Shown piece after piece: positions 31,140-32,000 of a stretch of 32,000 nt of DNA. The notes below the pieces were generated by a model. The model ran no database searches. It was not told where the DNA came from and saw only the letters and a program-made list of their open reading frames with translations. This stretch comes from Candidatus Arthromitus sp. SFB-rat-Yit (GTDB lineage: Bacteria; Bacillota; Clostridia; Clostridiales; Clostridiaceae). The stretch covers positions 150,001 to 182,000 of the forward strand of contig NC_016012.1 of NCBI RefSeq assembly GCF_000283555.1, given 5' to 3'. A program made the translations under genes and the position numbers. How positions within the stretch are numbered: position 1 is the stretch's first letter; each line of letters opens with the position of its first letter.

Positions 31140-32000
31140 TTGGGGAAAACGGTTAGAAGGTCCAAATGGCTTTCATTATTTTTATGTTTTATATTCGTTT
31201 TTGAGTTTTTGGTTTTTAATTCAAATATAAACGTAAAAGAAGTTAAGGCACAAGAGAGAGCTGCAATACTTGATATAAATTCTATCAGAGTAATAAATTT
31301 TGATTTATCAATCAAAAATCAAGAAGCTATATTTGATTTTAATAATTTTTTAGGGAGTGGAGACAAAATTGAGGAATTTAAACTTAAAAAGGTTGAAGGC
31401 AGTAAAAAAACAGATATAGCAACAAGTGTCGTAGATGATACTAAAAGAAAGTGGAAAGCAAAATTCATTCCAATTAATGGGGATACTTATTTGATAGAGA
31501 TGCTTGCAAATATTGGGGGAGCTCAGAAGAAATTAATTCAAGAGATTTTTTATAACGATTGGAGTTATGGAAAAGAGCCAATAATGAAATATACTCAAAA
31601 AAATAATAAGTATATTGCAGAAGCTGAACTTAATCATAGTTTTATAGATTCTTTCAATGATAATGAAGTAGCAACTATACGTATTGCAGGATTCTCAGTT
31701 ATTAATAAAACTATTAAAGAGATTAAAGATGCTAAGTATAAAATTAGTGTAGAAGATGATAGAGACATATTGGGGAATAATAATGGATTTAATTTTTACT
31801 TTGATATTTTAGATAGAAGATATCACTGGAAATTATTTACAACTATTACTGGAGGCAAACATGACTTTGGTACGGTTGTAATTGATTTAGAGTCTGTAGG
31901 ATTTAAAAATAATACAGATAATATTGATTTTAAGATTAAGTTTAAAGAACATACAACACTTAAAGATAAGACGTTTAATACAAATGATGTGTTTAGAATA
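31140..32000 (+). CDS. secreted protein, partial at right window edge (first 287 codons)
   Basis: TTG start 7 nt after AGGAGG; signal peptide MGKTVRRSKWLSLFLCFIFVFEFLVFNSNINVKEVKAQ; frame stays open to nt 32000; missing from ORF track because no stop is reached. Confidence 0.85.
   Translation, partial: MGKTVRRSKWLSLFLCFIFVFEFLVFNSNINVKEVKAQERAAILDINSIRVINFDLSIKNQEAIFDFNNFLGSGDKIEEFKLKKVEGSKKTDIATSVVDDTKRKWKAKFIPINGDTYLIEMLANIGGAQKKLIQEIFYNDWSYGKEPIMKYTQKNNKYIAEAELNHSFIDSFNDNEVATIRIAGFSVINKTIKEIKDAKYKISVEDDRDILGNNNGFNFYFDILDRRYHWKLFTTITGGKHDFGTVVIDLESVGFKNNTDNIDFKIKFKEHTTLKDKTFNTNDVFRI

Overview
Most of this 32 kb window (about 1-27,650) looks like an AT-rich, Clostridia-type core chromosome. 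Codon usage and gene content suggest a segmented-filamentous-bacterium-like (Candidatus Arthromitus/Savagella) genome, but that is inference. It contains a polar amino-acid ABC transporter on the minus strand, cardiolipin synthase, a very large membrane-anchored GH2 beta-galactosidase with an inserted LamG-like domain, a BmpA-type nucleoside ABC transporter operon with a second, diverged BMP-like lipoprotein, the glycolytic run gapA-pgk-tpiA-gpmI-eno, a short shikimate cluster (aroE, aroQ, and a chorismate mutase-shikimate kinase fusion), and secG-rnr-smpB-ssrA (tmRNA). Directly after the tmRNA 3' end the composition becomes clearly more GC-rich (about 27,690-30,930). This stretch is a decayed island with a PadR regulator plus membrane-protein pair, the C-terminal remnant of a large serine recombinase carrying an in-frame stop, and a probable C-terminal remnant of a TcmP-like partner fused by a 4-nt stop/start overlap to an intact DUF5131 (Gp37/Gp68, three-Cys motif) gene. 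AT-rich DNA then resumes, with a secreted-protein gene that runs off the window and is absent from the ORF track. The most notable observations are the island at ssrA and its TcmP-DUF5131 pair, duplicated 43-bp terminators flanking the padR cassette, a probable 1-nt frameshift in a GNAT gene, an atypical tmRNA tag (VNDKNYSLQAA), the CM-SK fusion, and the BMP paralog. I found no CRISPR array and no convincing complete new defence system.
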